NCBI RefSeq assembly: GCF_032444005.1
Contig: NC_091284.1
Coordinates: 665,012,001 to 665,076,000, forward strand
Direction of reading: 5' to 3'
From: Ranitomeya imitator
Lineage: Eukaryota
Length of the DNA stretch: 64,000 bases
A model generated the notes under the pieces. It had not been told where the DNA came from, searched no databases, and saw only the letters and a list, made by a program, of their open reading frames with translations. Within the stretch, counting starts at the first letter, position 1. Every line of letters starts with the position of its first letter. The translations under genes and the position numbers were made by a program. Shown here piece after piece: positions 35,657-49,275 of this stretch.

Positions 35657-38600
35657 TATTTCTCCTTCGCCTCATTGGGGGACACAGACCGTGGGTGTAT
35701 GCTGCTGCCAATAGGAGGCTGACACTAAGTGATACAAAAAAAGTTAGCTCCTCCCCTGCAGTATACACCCTCCTGCTGGCTCTCAGCTCCTCCCCTGCAG
35801 TATACACCCTCCTGCTGGCTCTCAGCTCCTCCCCTGCAGTATACACCCTCCTGCTGGCTCTCAGCTCCTCCCCTGCAGTATACACCCTCCTGCTGGCTCT
35901 CAGCTAACCAGTTCTTGCTTAGTGTCTGTAGGAGGCACATGGGTCTGTTTCAGACCCCAATGTTTTTATTTTATTGCTTACTTTTCTGTAAATTTTTATT
36001 TTTTAATTAACGGAGTGAAGGGGGCGACGGTTCCTTTCAAGGTTCCGATCTCCCCCGAACCATCAACAGGCGAGCACGGCGAGTATACCTCCCCGTACAC
36101 TCTCCTGCGACGTGGGAAGCCATGCCTGAGCTAACTTCAGGGGCGACGGTTCCTTTCATGGTCCCGATCTCCCCACACCAGCAGCAGGCGACCACATGGA
36201 GTGTCGCCTCCATGTATCCTCTCCTGGAGCCAGGCCTAATGCCGGACAACTGGCCCTGTCCACCCGGACTGAACTCCATGGCTGTTCAGAGGCCCCTCTC
36301 TATGGCGTCCGAGCAGCCCCCACTGTCCCACCACTGTGAAAGCGGATGGCACACGGAGGCGGACGGGTCCTCTCCACCTCCCTAACAAAGGGATGATGGA
36401 TTGAGGCTTATCCCTGCACCGTCCACACTGCACAGAACAGCGCTGAAACCCACATCCGCGGCGGCTCCATGCCGGGGCGCGCACCAATGGTGAGTGGATC
36501 CATCTTCAGAGGGATATCCACATGCTGACAGGCAGCCTTAGCCACTTTCCTGTGGCCCACCTCTCCGAGGTAACGCTCTGGATGGCTGCAAAAATTTAGT
36601 CCCCGGCTTCGGCCGATTTGTAGGCCGCATCCTGGAAGTCTTGCCTTGAACGACCCACTGGTGACGTCCGCCGGCTACAGAAATTAAGGCCCCGGCTTAG
36701 GCCTATTCAACATCGTGTCTGTGGCTCCGCCCCCCCTAATTCTCTGCGAGATTTTATCAACTCTGCAGCTCCCGGTGGCCATCTTGGTCCACCTGGCCAG
36801 CTCACACTGGGGTGACAGTATTTTTGCATTAAAGGGGCACATCGACTCTACATCAGTACCCGGGTAAGGAAGTACCTGGTCTTAAAGGCACATGACCAGT
36901 ATTTCCTGGTCTTAAAGGTGCATGACCAGTATTCTCTGGTCTTAAAGGTGCATGACCAGTATTCCCTGGTCTTAAAGGTGCATGACCAGTATTCCCTGGT
37001 CTTAAAGGTGCATGACCAGTATTCCCTGGTCTTAAAGGTGCATGACCAGTATTCTCTGGTCTTAAAGGCGCATGACCAGTATTCCCTGGTCTTAAAGGCG
37101 TATGACCAGTATTCCCTCGTCTTAAAGGCGCTTGATCAGTCCGAGGAGCCCTCCGCCGCCGACCCCAGCTTTATCCTCTAGTTCCCCTCAGTGGACTTCT
37201 TCACTGACCAATCCATGGTTCTCTGACCAAGAGATTGAATCCCTCTGTGTACCCTCTGTGTTTGGAGTGCTCGCAGGTCCCTATCCTACATGGGAGCCAT
37301 CGGCTAGCAGGGGCCGCAAGTATTCTAGAAACGTGCAGGCGTCTAGAAACATACAGGCATCTAGAAAACGGAAGTTTTTCGTTTCCTGCTCCCTCACCAA
37401 TGATTTGATGACAACAAGGCTCTGAATATGGATTGGATATTGCCTGAGCTTGCCAGAGCTTCAGAGACTAAACTCCCTCGAGAGCATTTGCCATTCAATT
37501 CGAATAAGCGATTCACTGGACAGAAGCCTCTTCGTGGGATGCCATGCCTGGCCTGTTTTTTTAGGGCGACTGGTCCTTTAAAGGGCACCGATCTCCCCAC
37601 ACCATCAACAGACGAGCACACGGAGTGTCGTCTCCATGTTTCCTCTTCTGCATCCAGGCCTAACGCCAGACAACCTGTCCTGTCCACCTGGAGACCTGAA
37701 CTCTGTGGACATATAGAGGCACCCTTTTTGGCGTATGAGCTCCCCCCTCTGCATCACCACTATTTAGTGGATGATGCAAGAAGGCGGACAATTCCTCTCC
37801 ACTTCCCTGTTAAGAGGTTGATGGATCGAGGGTTCCTAATTTTTATCTCTGCACCGTGAAAAGAGGAGATGGCAAGAGACACTGACCTGCTGGATGCAGC
37901 CGCTCATTCTGCCATGGGGCAGATTAACCGGGTAGAATCTCCTGTGGTATACCTACCAGTTTCCCTACCTGATGGGTCATCAATTAAAAATACCACGGAC
38001 TGTCAGATAGCAAATCTGGTTCATTCCGTCTTGCGGCTTCGGGTCCAGCGCTCTATCCTCCCTAGCGCCGCATGGATTGCTAGAGCAATGGTCTACTGGC
38101 TGGAGACCTTAACTACCTTGATTCACACCAGCAACAACTGGCCAATCAAATCCTTTGAGCGGGAGACTGACAAAGGATTGTATAAGGATTGTCCAGCACA
38201 GTCTAGATCTAAGGGATCTTGGTTCCATACAGGGGAACGAAAAATAAGATCGACCCTGGACCTCAAACTTCTAACAGCCTTTGACATGGTCATCCTTCTT
38301 TGGATGGAGTTCCTCCGCTCAGCCATTACTTCAACAGAAAAAGGTGCAGTTTCCGGCATCCATCGACATTCGGGTTGCTTGCCCTCTGCAAAAATTCCTT
38401 CGTCTTTCCATTCGTCAACAGCATTTTCAAGTCACAACCTTGTCCTTCGGCCTTGCTTCCGCACCCAGAGTGTTCGCTCGGGTCATGGCGGATGTCATGT
38501 TTCTCTTGCACTCTATAGGCGTGCTCGTCCTGCCCTGTTTGGTCTGTCTAGCCGCCCTTCCAGGACTACGCTGAGTTGTCTAGATCTCTTGCGATACCTT

Positions 38601-40879
38601 CTCTCCTGGGCTGGCAGCTACTATTAGACAAGTTCTCCTCATTTCCAGCCCAGCAGATATCCTTTTTGAGGATGATCCTGCACACTTCTAGAAGGATGAT
38701 AATTCTTCCTCGACACAAGGTCATGGCCCTTCAACAGGGAGCTCGCGCAAAGAGAGTTCTGAAGACTTGATTACTCACCCCCTCATTTCATTCGATTTGC
38801 TAAGAGAGTTCTGAGGCAAGATGGTGACGACTATGGAAGCGGTTTCCTTCGCTCCGCTCGTTTTCAGCAAGTCAAACAGACTTTCAGACAATAGTCTCTG
38901 AGCTCCTTCTTCATCCAGGGCCTTTCTCCCGGTTCAATGGTTATTAGTAACTACCAATGCCAGTCTTCTTCTCCCCATCATTGTTCTGGAGATCCGAACG
39001 GTAGTCTTACAGCAGGTCCACTGCCTTCTGGCGGGTCTCCCTATCCGAATTCAATTGGATAATGCCACGGCGGTGCCTTACGTCAGTCATCTAGCACAGA
39101 GGTCCCCAACTCCTGTCCTCACGGCCCACCAACAGGTCATGTTTTCAGGATTTCCTTTGCATTGCACAGGTGATGCAATTATTACCTGGGCAAGACTAAG
39201 GAAATCCTGAAAACATGACATGTTGGTGGGCCTTGAGGACTGGAGTTGGGGACCTCTGATCTAGCAGGTACCCTGGGTCAGGCGCCATGACCGAGGTACC
39301 TCACTTTCTCTGATGGGCCGAAGTTTGTTATTTGGTGATCTCGGCAGTATATATCCCAGGAGTAGAACTCTGAACGGCAAACAAATTCAGCCGTCAGGGT
39401 TCCGCCTCAAGTCAGTGGAACTTCACCCCGAAGTCTTCCATCAGATCTGTCCTTGCTGGAGCTCTCCAGTTGTAGGTGGGATGACATCCAGACTGAAGGC
39501 CAATGTACTCGAGTTCGTGGTTCGGCCTCGAGATCCAGGAGCCATTGCTCCATGCTCTGGTTCTGCCGTGGTACCAGTTTCCATGTCTCCCCTTCCACTG
39601 CTTCCGAAAGCCTTTCGGAAGCAGAAAGGGGCCCCAGTGATCCTCAGAGATCCGCACTGACCACGCCCGTTTTTTTGTTTGCGGAGCTAGTATCTTCTCG
39701 CCTTATCGCAACACAACTGCAAGTAGGGACTTTCTCACAGGGAGTTTTTCACACGTAGTTCTTCCCTATCGCATACCGTTAAATTATTGGGACCTTATTA
39801 TTCCTAGGAGCCTTACAGTAGGCTCCTTTTTCATTCGGGCAGACTTTACTATCAGGGAAAGTCGTCCCGTTCTCCTCTGCGATATTCTCACTCTGACGAG
39901 TCTTCGGAGCTAGCTTCTCTGCTCCTTCAGACTTTTTTCCCTTATTACCTTCGAGGCAAGGTTGTCCTCAGGCAATCTCCATCCCTTGTTACCAAGGTGG
40001 TACTGTATTACCACTGTTATGAGGGCATAGTTCTTCCCTCATCTCTTTTGGCTCCAGTCCACAAAATGGAATAAGATCCCCCATATTCTGGACGAAGTGA
40101 GTGCTCTGAGTAGGTACGTCTTGAGGACGGCGTCCTTCTGAAGGTTGGACGTTTTATTTGGGCTTCCTGACGGTAGAGGAAGGTTTCCTGACATTTTCAG
40201 AAAGGATTTAGCCGTTTCATCGACCATGATAACATGGTGAATTCTTTTCACCATCCAGCAGTCCTTCCGTGCTAGATGTCAGCCTATCTCCCTGTCTATC
40301 AAGGGTTCTAGGCACCAGGCGTCAGCAAGGCACGCCTGCAAGCTTGCGGATTCGTCCAGTCCGCATGCATTCTTGAAGCACTATAATTCCCACACTTCCA
40401 CAGATGTGAGTCTGGGCAGGCGGACTCTGCAGGCCGCGGTGGCGCACTTGTTAGTAGCGGTTACACAGGGCCTGATCTATTGTTGTCTCCACCCAGGGAC
40501 TGCTTTGGGACGTCCCACGGTCTGTGTCCCCCAATGAGGCGAAGGACAAATAGGGATTTTTGTGTACTCACCGTAAAATCCTTTTCTCCGAGCCATTCAT
40601 TGGGGGACACAGCTCCCACCCTGTTATTAGCTTCTGCTTGTTTTTTTTAGAATATGACATGCTATACACTCATATATTGTTATTGATCTCCTACTGCTTT
40701 TGCACCGAACTGGTTAGCTGAGAGCCAGCAGGAGGATGTATACTGCAGGGGAGGAGCTAACTGTTTTTGTATCACTTAGTGTCAGCCTCCTATTGGCAGC
40801 AGCATACACCCACGGTCTGTGTCCCCCAATGAATGGCTCGGAGAAAAGGATTTTACGGTGAGTACACAAAAATCCCTAT
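35657..40879 (+). mobile_element. Decayed DIRS1-like tyrosine-recombinase retrotransposon
   Basis: Inverted terminal repeats (35660 to ~35915 vs ~40705-40830); ICR at 40514-40613 complementary to both termini; eroded gag and RT remnants (e.g. QHFQVTTLSFGLASAPRVFARVMA); TAT at both junctions. Confidence 0.9.
36880..37135. repeat. 30-bp minisatellite GTCTTAAAGGTGCATGACCAGTATTCCCTG (~8 units) inside the decayed DIRS
   Basis: Tandem units read directly from the sequence. Confidence 0.9.
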
Positions 40880-40890
40880 GTCAGCAGTTA

Positions 40891-41638
40891 AGGTACCTTC
40901 ACACTCAGCGACGCTGCAGCGATACCGACAACGATGTCGATCGCTGCAGCGTCGCTGTTTGGTCGCTGGAGAGCTGTCACACAGACAGCTCTCCAGCGAC
41001 CAACGATCCCGAGGTCCCCGGGTAACAAGGGTAAACATCGGGTTACTAAGCGCAGGGCCGCGCTTAGTAACCCGATGTTTACCCTGGTTACCAGCGTAAA
41101 AGTTAAAAAAACAAACACTACATACTTACCTACCGCTGTTTGTCCCCGGCGCTCAGCTTCTCTGAACTCCTCCTGCACTGACTGTGAGCACAGCGGCCAG
41201 AAAGCACAGCGGTGACGTCACCGCTCTGCTTTCCGGCTGACCGACGCTCACAGCCAGTGCAGGAGGAGTGCAGAGAAGCTGAGCGCCGGGGACAGACAGC
41301 GGTAGGTAAGTATGTAGTGTTTGTTTTTTTTACTTTTACGCTGGTAACCAGGGTAAACATTGGGTTACTAAGCGCGGCCCTGCGCTTAATAACCCGATGT
41401 TTACCCTGGTTACCAGTGAAGACATCGCTGGATCGGTGTCACACACGCCGATCCAGCGATGTCTGCAGGGAGTTCAGCGACGAAATAAAGTTCTGGACTT
41501 TCCTCAGCGACCAACGATCTCCCAGCAGGGGCCTGATCGTTGGTCGCTGTCACACAGAACGATTTCCTTAACGATATCGTTGCTACGTCACAAAAAGCAA
41601 CGATATCGTTAACGATATCGTTATGTGTGAAGGTACCT
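40891..41638. mobile_element. AGGTACC-family MITE, copy 5, inserted in L1 ORF2
   Basis: AGGTACCTTCACAC / GTGTGAAGGTACCT; TTA TSD derived from L1 sequence. Confidence 0.9.
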
Positions 41639-43182
41639 TTAGAAGTGAAATTGGTCTATACGACTCCGGCTGTTGAGGATCTTTATCAGCTTTAGGAATA
41701 ACCACCACAATGGCCTCTCTCATTGATGGGGGCAGCACTCCCCTCTCCAACGACTCAGAGAACACTCGCTCCAATTTGGGCATTAACTCTGCATTAAGAA
41801 TGTTATAAACCTCTACTGGGATACCGTCCGTCCCCGGAGCCTTGCCCCCCGCCATATCCGCCAAAGCCGCCTTCAATTCTTCCTCCCCAAGCGGTCTATC
41901 CATCCACTCCCTTTCCTCTCTACCTAGTCTGCTCACATACTCTTATTGTACCAGTGTATGGGATATTTTTTTTATTGTCGCTCACCTGGATAGTTGGACA
42001 TTGTTTGCACCGAACCCCGTGTTCAGCTCTTTTTTTTTTTTTTTTCATTGTTAATGTTCAAACTCTGCTTTCACCAAATTCCCCTTTTCTGCAGACATTT
42101 CTTGAGGGTGATCTGGGGACTTCAGTTGTACTTTGTAGAGATCAGTGGGGGCCCCCTGTATATTTATTGCTTATCCTGGTAATGGGTGATACATAATGCT
42201 GTTAATCTGCAGATTAACCCCCCCATCTGCAGGTTAACAGCGTTATTCCTGGTGACAGGTTCCTTTTAAACTTTTAAAGAGAACCTCTCAACTGAGTCTG
42301 GACTTGTCTATTCTGAAAAGAAAACATAAGTTTGGCCACTAAGTGGCGCCACTTTATTGAAAGATGAGAAGGTTGTTAAATCTGTTATATTATGTGATGA
42401 CAAAAGGTTCCTGCTGTCATAATGTCTGTCTCCTATTAATCACATGACTTCTAAGCATAAATCAGTAAATTCTGTGCATAGCCAGAATACTGGGGCAGCA
42501 GGGAGATATTGGTTGTTGTGCTGAAACTTTAATAGAAAACCAATGAAATTGCTTAATTTGATCACTCCAAAGAGACCGCTCTGCAGGGATTTCTCACACA
42601 CCCGTGTGCCTCGGAAAACCACGTTGCCTATAAAGTATTCCAAAGGGATTCCATGTGCAAATGTGATCAGCGAAAAAACTGACCCCTTTGAAATATATGT
42701 GATAATTGCAAGAATGCATTTGTATTTATCTGCACTTGTTACAATCACAATTAGCATGTTACCAGAATTCTGGCTTAATTTGTAGTGAAAAATTATCTTT
42801 TGTCAATAGCATCATTTTTTAGACACTTTTTCTGACTTGTCTTACAACGAGGCGTGACCTTGCTGAATAGTGGCGGGGCTTTTTTGGAAATGGGCATGAT
42901 CTAACAAAAGGCATATTGCGTCGGCATTGTTGCTTCCATTTTTGGGATATACCGTAGTATGCCAACTAATAGGTGATGTAAAGTTAAGACTACTGTGTCT
43001 TAAAATGAGATTTATCAATCAACAAGAAGCACCTTGATAAACTGTTGCATTTTAAGACTGTCTAGTGTAAGTTAGCAGCGTAATCTGCCGGCCAGGGCTC
43101 AACAGCGATTAGATGACATATTGGGGCATATTTCACAATCATGTCTAAATCTTACAGTAAAAACTTAGATTAGGAAGTTTTA

Positions 43183-43451
43183 GGGTATGTGCGCACGTCA
43201 GGATTTCTGGCAGAAATTTTCCTGACAAAAACCGGACATTTCTGCCAGAAATCCGCATGCTTTTTTTTTTGCGTTTTTGATGCGTTTTTTTTCCAAATGC
43301 ATAGAATAGCGGGAAAAAACGCATCATGTGCACAAAAATTGCAGAATGCATTCTAAATGATAGGATGCATAATGTATGCATTTTTAATGAGTTTTTATAG
43401 CGTTTTTATCGTGAAAAAAATGCGAAAAAACCTGAACGTGTTCACATACCC
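43183..43451. mobile_element. Short Harbinger-like MITE
   Basis: GGGTATGTGCGCACG / CGTGTTCACATACCC; TTA TSD. Confidence 0.8.
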
Positions 43452-43903
43452 TTAAAATGCAGTAGATTTATTATAACTGTTCACATTCTTTGATAACTCT
43501 AATTTTACAACCGTCTAGCCTACTTACAGCACCCATTAGTAGGCTTACTTTGCACCAGGAATGTTTGCCACAATTGTGATGGATTTATTGGCGCACCAGT
43601 TTGCATGTGCCAATGATGATCACTGATCATGATTGTCCCCTTGACAGATAAGTCCTAAAAAACTTTTTAAAGGGAAGGTACCGCGTTTGTAGATCATTAA
43701 TTAATCAATGTAATGTAGCATTACATGCTGTTATAACCCAGATTTGAATGCATGTAAAACAGATTTTGTGTGATATATGAGTAGAAAGAATGCACTGGGG
43801 GCTGACATCTTGGTTTTGCAGCAGTAGCACGTCACTATCAGTGTCAAATTACGGCACCCCATGGACATAGGAGATAATAGACCGGCTCGGACCCTATCTC
43901 TAA

Positions 43904-45098
43904 GGGTATGTTCACACGTTCAGGATTTCCATCCTTTTTTTTTCAGGACAGTTTTTTTTAAAAAACTGCAGCTCTTGGCAGAAAACGCAGGTCCTTTTTT
44001 TGTCCTTTTTTTATGCGTTTTTTGATGCGTTTTTTTATCCTTTTTTTATGCAGTTTTCTATGCAGAGACTGTGTTTCCTAGGAAGCTTTTTAGGGCTAAN
44101 NNNNNNNNNNNNNNNNNNNNNNNNNNNNNNNNNNNNNNNNNNNNNNNNNNNNNNNNNNNNNNNNNNNNNNNNNNNNNNNNNNNNNNNNNNNNNNNNNNNN
44201 NNNNNNNNNNNNNNNNNNNNNNNNNNNNNNNNNNNNNNNNNNNNNNNNNNNNNNNNNNNNNNNNNNNNNNNNNNNNNNNNNNNNNNNNNNNNNNNNNNNN
44301 NNNNNNNNNNNNNNNNNNNNNNNNNNNNNNNNNNNNNNNNNNNNNNNNNNNNNNNNNGTGAAAAAAAAAAAAATAAAATTCTTAATTTTTTTATTGTCCC
44401 TACCAATGGGGGTGACAAAGTGGGGGGGGTGTCATTTACTATTTTTTTATTTTGATCACTGAGATAGGTTATATCTCAGTGATCAAAATGCACTTTGGAG
44501 CGAATCTGCCGGCCGGCAGATTCGGCGGGCGCACTGCGCATGCTCCCGCCATTTTGCAAGATGGCGGCGCCCAGGGAGAAGACGGCCGGATGGACACCGG
44601 GACGCCGGGTAAGTATAAGGGGGGGAGATTAGGGCACGGGGGGGGCATCGGAGCACTGGGGGGGGGCATCGGAGCACGGGGGGAGGGCATCGGAGCACGG
44701 GGGGGCGGGATCGGAGCACGGGGGGGCAGCCACACTCCGCCCACGCACTTCCGCCCGCTCCCCCGCACTTCCTGCTGCAGCGGTTCTGCACATCAAATCG
44801 CAGTAAAACCCGCAGATATATTTTTGATCTGCGTGTTTTACTGCGATTTTGACCTCACAATGGAGGTCTATGGGTGCAGAACCGCTGCGGTTCAGGAAGA
44901 AGAATTGACATGCTCCTTCTTTTTTCCGGGAGCTATTCAGCGCGGCTTTTTTTTTTACAATTTCCGGACCATGTGCACAGTGTGTCCTGTTTTCCATAGG
45001 GTACAGTGTACTGTACCCTGCATGGAAAATAGCTGCGGAACCGCAGCGGCAAAACCGCCGCGGTTCCGCGGTAAAAAACGCACTGTGTGAACATGGCC
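43904..45098. mobile_element. Harbinger-like MITE (copy of 10734-11644) with N gap 44100-44357
   Basis: GGGTATGTTCACAC / GTGTGAACATGGCC; TAA TSD; colinear with 10734-11644. Confidence 0.85.
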
Positions 45099-45404
45099 TA
45101 ACATTGCAACAGCATTAGCAGTGAGCTGGGCACGCCTCTGTGGGCTGCACAACTCACTGCTGTAGGTGTGACTAGCTGCCATTTTATTATAGCCCTGTGC
45201 TATTTGTTGAGCTCCACTTACTCTCTATCGCAGGACAGAAGCACTGACTGCTCCTCTGTACTTCTAGGCACTGCACGTCCTGGGCAGACATCTTCTGCTC
45301 TCACACTCTGCTGTGTGTGCTTCTCCTGCTCTGTCTCCGCCTCCCCACAATCCCAGTGATCTCCGGTAAACTGCACTCTCCCCTTGTGTCGCTCTCCCTC
45401 TCTG

Positions 45405-45570
45405 TGCGGTGTGGGGGGGTCTCTGTGCGGCGTGGGGGATCTCTGTGCGGCGTGGGGGCGTCTCTGTGCGGCGTGGGGGATCTCTGTGTGGCGTGGGGGG
45501 GTCTCTGTGCGGCGTGGGGGGGTCTCTGCGGCGTGGGGGGGTCTCTGTGCGGCGTGGGGGGGTCTCTATG
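45405..45570. repeat. ~21-23-bp G-rich minisatellite (TCTCTGTGCGGCGTGGGGG)
   Basis: About 7 imperfect units. Confidence 0.85.
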
Positions 45571-47224
45571 CGTGTATGCAAGCATCGTCCGATGGGACTA
45601 CAAGTCCCATCGGACGATGCCTGCTACAATGACAGTGATTGACACATTAGCCAATTATGGGACAGTAATAGTCCCATCATCCGGCTAATGTGTTGAATGG
45701 AAAAAAAAAAAAAAAAAATACTCCATACATACATGCTGCATACATGCTGCATACATGCTGCATACATATAGACATACAGTACATTAAACATAGATTTCAT
45801 ACTCACCATTACTTGTCATTTTGTTCACCGAAGCCAGTGTCATCTGTAAAAAAAATATGAAAAAAACAAACAACCAATATACTCCCTGTCCGCAGAAATC
45901 CACGAGTGTCCCACGACGATCTCCCGTGGAGAGCAGCAGCATCAGGTAATGCGACTGCTCTCTAGGGGCTCCAGGAACACAATGACAGCAGGAAGGTATC
46001 CTTCCACCACTGTATTCCTCCGCCGCTGTAAAAAAAAAGTCCCTAGTCTCACTTTATGCCATTGCTGTATGAGAATTTTTCCCAGGCAGCAATTGCCATA
46101 AAGTGAGACCTTGTCCTAAGGTAACCTCTCAGTGATGCACTGTAGGAGCCATTGTCTCCTGTCAGTGTGTTACTGAGGGTCCTATAGAACAGTGACATCA
46201 CCCGATGTCACTGTTCTATAGGGGAGATCGTCGTGGGACACTCGTTATTAATTGGACTACGGCGGACAGGTAGTATACGGTTTATTTTACGTTTTTTGCA
46301 GGCGCTGAAGTATGGTGAAATGAAGAATATTAAAATACTTTTTTCCTAATGTGTGTGTTTTTTTTTTTTTAACCCTTTCTTACTATTGGATTAATAATGG
46401 ATAGGCGTCTTATTGACGCCTCTCCGTTATTAACCCGGCTTAATGTCTCCTTACAATAGCAAGGTGACATTAACCCCTTATTACCCCATATCCCACCGCT
46501 ACACGGGAGTGGGAAGAGAGGGACTAAGTGCCGGAATTGGCGCATCTTACATTTCTGGGGCGGCTGCGGACTGGTATTTGTAGCCCGGGGGGGGGGGGGG
46601 GGGGGGGCTGGGGGCAATATCCATGGCCCCTCTCTAGGCTATGAATATCAGCCTGCAGCTGTCTGCGTAGCCTTTCTGGCTATAAAATATAGGGACACCC
46701 CACGCAATTTTTTTTTTGGGGTCCCCCTATTTTAATAGCCAGTAAAGGCTATACAGACAGCTGCGGGCTGATATTCATAGCAGGCTACAGATATTGGCCC
46801 CCGGCCGTCGGCTTTCCCCCTCTGGCGCAGAAAATTGCTGTTGTTTTAATTCAACCCTCATAAAGTCCTCTTTCACACTTGCGTCTGTACGAGTCCGTCG
46901 CTATGCGTCGGGCCGAAGTACCGACGCACGTTGTGAAATTTGTGCCCGACGTGGGCAGCGGATGCAGTTTTTCAACACATCCACTGCCCATTCTGAAGTC
47001 TGGAAGGAGGGGGCGGAGCTTTGGCAGCGCATGCGCGGTAGAAAATGGCGGACGCGCTGGACAAAAAACGTTCACTTGAACGTTTTTTCGTGCCAAAGGT
47101 CCGCCAAAACACGACGGATCCGTTGCACGACAGACGCGACCACGCGACGTGTGGCCATCCGTCACGATCCGTCGCTAATACAAGTTTATGGGAAAAAAAC
47201 GCATCCTGCGAGCACATTTGCAGA

Positions 47225-47900
47225 ATCCGTTTTTTCCGCCAGATCCGTTTTTTTCCACCAGATCCGTTTTTTCCCGCCGGATCCATTTTTTCCTGCTGGA
47301 TCCGTTAATTCCCGCCGTATCCACTTTTTTCCTGCCGTATCCGATTTTTCTCGCCGGATCCGTTTTTTTCCACAATTTCCTTTTTTTTCTGCTAGATCAG
47401 GTTTTTTTTCCATTGGATCCGTTTTTTTCCCGCCTGATCCGTTTTTTTCCCCACAATTTCCTTTTTTTTCTGCCAGATCAGTTTTTTCCGCCGGATCCAT
47501 TTTTTCCCACCAGATCCGTTTTTTCCCACAATTTCTTTTTTTTATCTGTCGGATCCTTTTTTTCCCGCCTGATCCGTTTTTTTTTCATCAATTTCCTTTT
47601 TTTTTCCTGTCAGATCAGTTTTTTTTCCATCGGATCCTTTTTTTTCCCGGCGGATCCGTTTTTAGTCCACAAGTTCCTTTTTTTTCTGCCAGATCAGTTT
47701 TTTTTCCATCGGATCCTTTTTTTTTCCCGCCTGATCCGTTTTTTTCCACAAGTTCCTTTTTTTTCTGCCAGATCAGGTTTTTTTTCCATCGGATCCTTTT
47801 TTTTTTTTTCCGCCAGATCCGTTTTTTCCCGCCAGATCCGTTTTTTTCCACAAGTTCCTTTTTTTTCTGCCAGATCAGGTTTTTTTCGCCGGATCCGTTA
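47225..47900. repeat. Degenerate T-rich tandem expansion (GCCAGATCCGTTTTTTTCC) inside a MITE related to 7627-8093
   Basis: GATCC + poly-T units; left TIR at ~46864. Confidence 0.8.
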
Positions 47901-48797
47901 TTTCCTCATTGAGTTGTATTAGCGCCGGATGGCCACACGTTTCATCCGTTTTTTGCAGGATCCGTCAAAACAGCTGTTTCCGCCGGACGGAAAACACATA
48001 CAGAGGAACGGTTGAATCGCGATTTCACCCGCCGCTATTGCGGGCACATGTCAGTCATGTTTTTTTTTATTGACAGATCGGGCGATTCTGAACGCGGCGA
48101 TACTAAATATGTGTAGGTTTGATTTTTTTTTATTGTTTTATTTTTGATGGGTCAAAAGGGGGGTGATTTAAACTTTAATTTTTTTTTTTTTCATATTTTT
48201 AAAAACATTTTTTTTTACATTTGCCATGCTTCAATAGCCTCCATGGGAAACTAGAAGCTGGCACAACTCGATCGGCTCAGCTACATAGCAGCGATCATTA
48301 GATTGCTGCTCCGTAGCTGAATTACAGGCTTGCTATGAGTGCCGACCACAGGGTGGCGCTGACAGCAAACCGGCATCAGTAGCTATAGAGGTCTCAAGGA
48401 CCTCTATGGTGACCATCCTGACGCTATTGCGCGCACATGTCAACTGTACAAAACAGCCGACATGTCGTGACTTTGATGTGGGCTCAGCGCCGGAGCCCAC
48501 ATCAAAGGAGGAGACACGACATGCGCAGAACATGTTGCGTTTTTTACTGCGATGCGTTTTTTCCCCAGAAAAAACGCAACATATGCACAAAAATTGCGGA
48601 ATGCATTATAAATAATGGGATGCATATGTATGCATTTTTAAATAGTTTTTATCGCATTTTTATAGCGAACAAACGCAAAAAAATGCGAAAAATCCTGAAC
48701 GTGTGCACACAGCCTCAAGGTGTATCTCCCCATCACACTCCATATGTGTCTCACTCATCATACTTCACGTCTCTTTCTCTCCCATCAGTCACTCTTA

Positions 48798-49275
48798 GGC
48801 CGGGGACACACACAACGTATAAAAAAAGGTCCGTTTTTGACGGACGAGAATCGCATAAATGTTACCAAAACAGTGATCCGTGTGCAGTGCGAGGATGCGA
48901 TTTTCTCGCATCCAATGATCCGTGTGACATCCGTATGGCATCCGTATGGTGAGATTTTCTCAAACACTTGCAAAATGAGCAAATAATGGCTGAACCTTTC
49001 CTGTCACCTGCCCAATGCCTGAGAATTTCTCGCAAGTGACACTGATGGTCCATGTGCTGTGCTATTTTTTTCTCACCCCATAGACTTGCATTGGCGATTC
49101 TCGGCCAAGATACGCTGACAATCGCAGCATGCGGCGATTTCACTCGGATCCTGAATACGGCCGAGAAAATATCGGATGATGGGAGCTGCCCCATAGATTA
49201 ACATTGGGACGAGTGCTATGCGATTTTTTTATCGCATTGCACTCGTCCGTATTACGGTCTAGTGTGACCCCGGCC
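48798..49275. mobile_element. Harbinger-like MITE
   Basis: GGCCGGGGACACAC / GTGTGACCCCGGCC; TTA TSD. Confidence 0.85.

Larger units (their letters stand above)
33472..41929 (-). mobile_element. 5'-truncated L1-clade element (about 2.5 kb of L1 sequence) split by a DIRS element and a MITE
   Basis: Poly(T) from about 33470; 15-bp TSD TGCTCACATACTCTT (33457-33471 and 41930-41944). RT pieces at 41642-41929, 40880-40887 and 34937-35659 rejoin as SYRPISLLTADIKILAKALANRL. Zinc knuckle CPRC...H...C at 33959-34717. Confidence 0.93.

Noticed and set aside
46794-47922. 372-aa and 244-aa Phe-rich ORFs
   Set aside because: They read through a T-rich repeat expansion inside a MITE.
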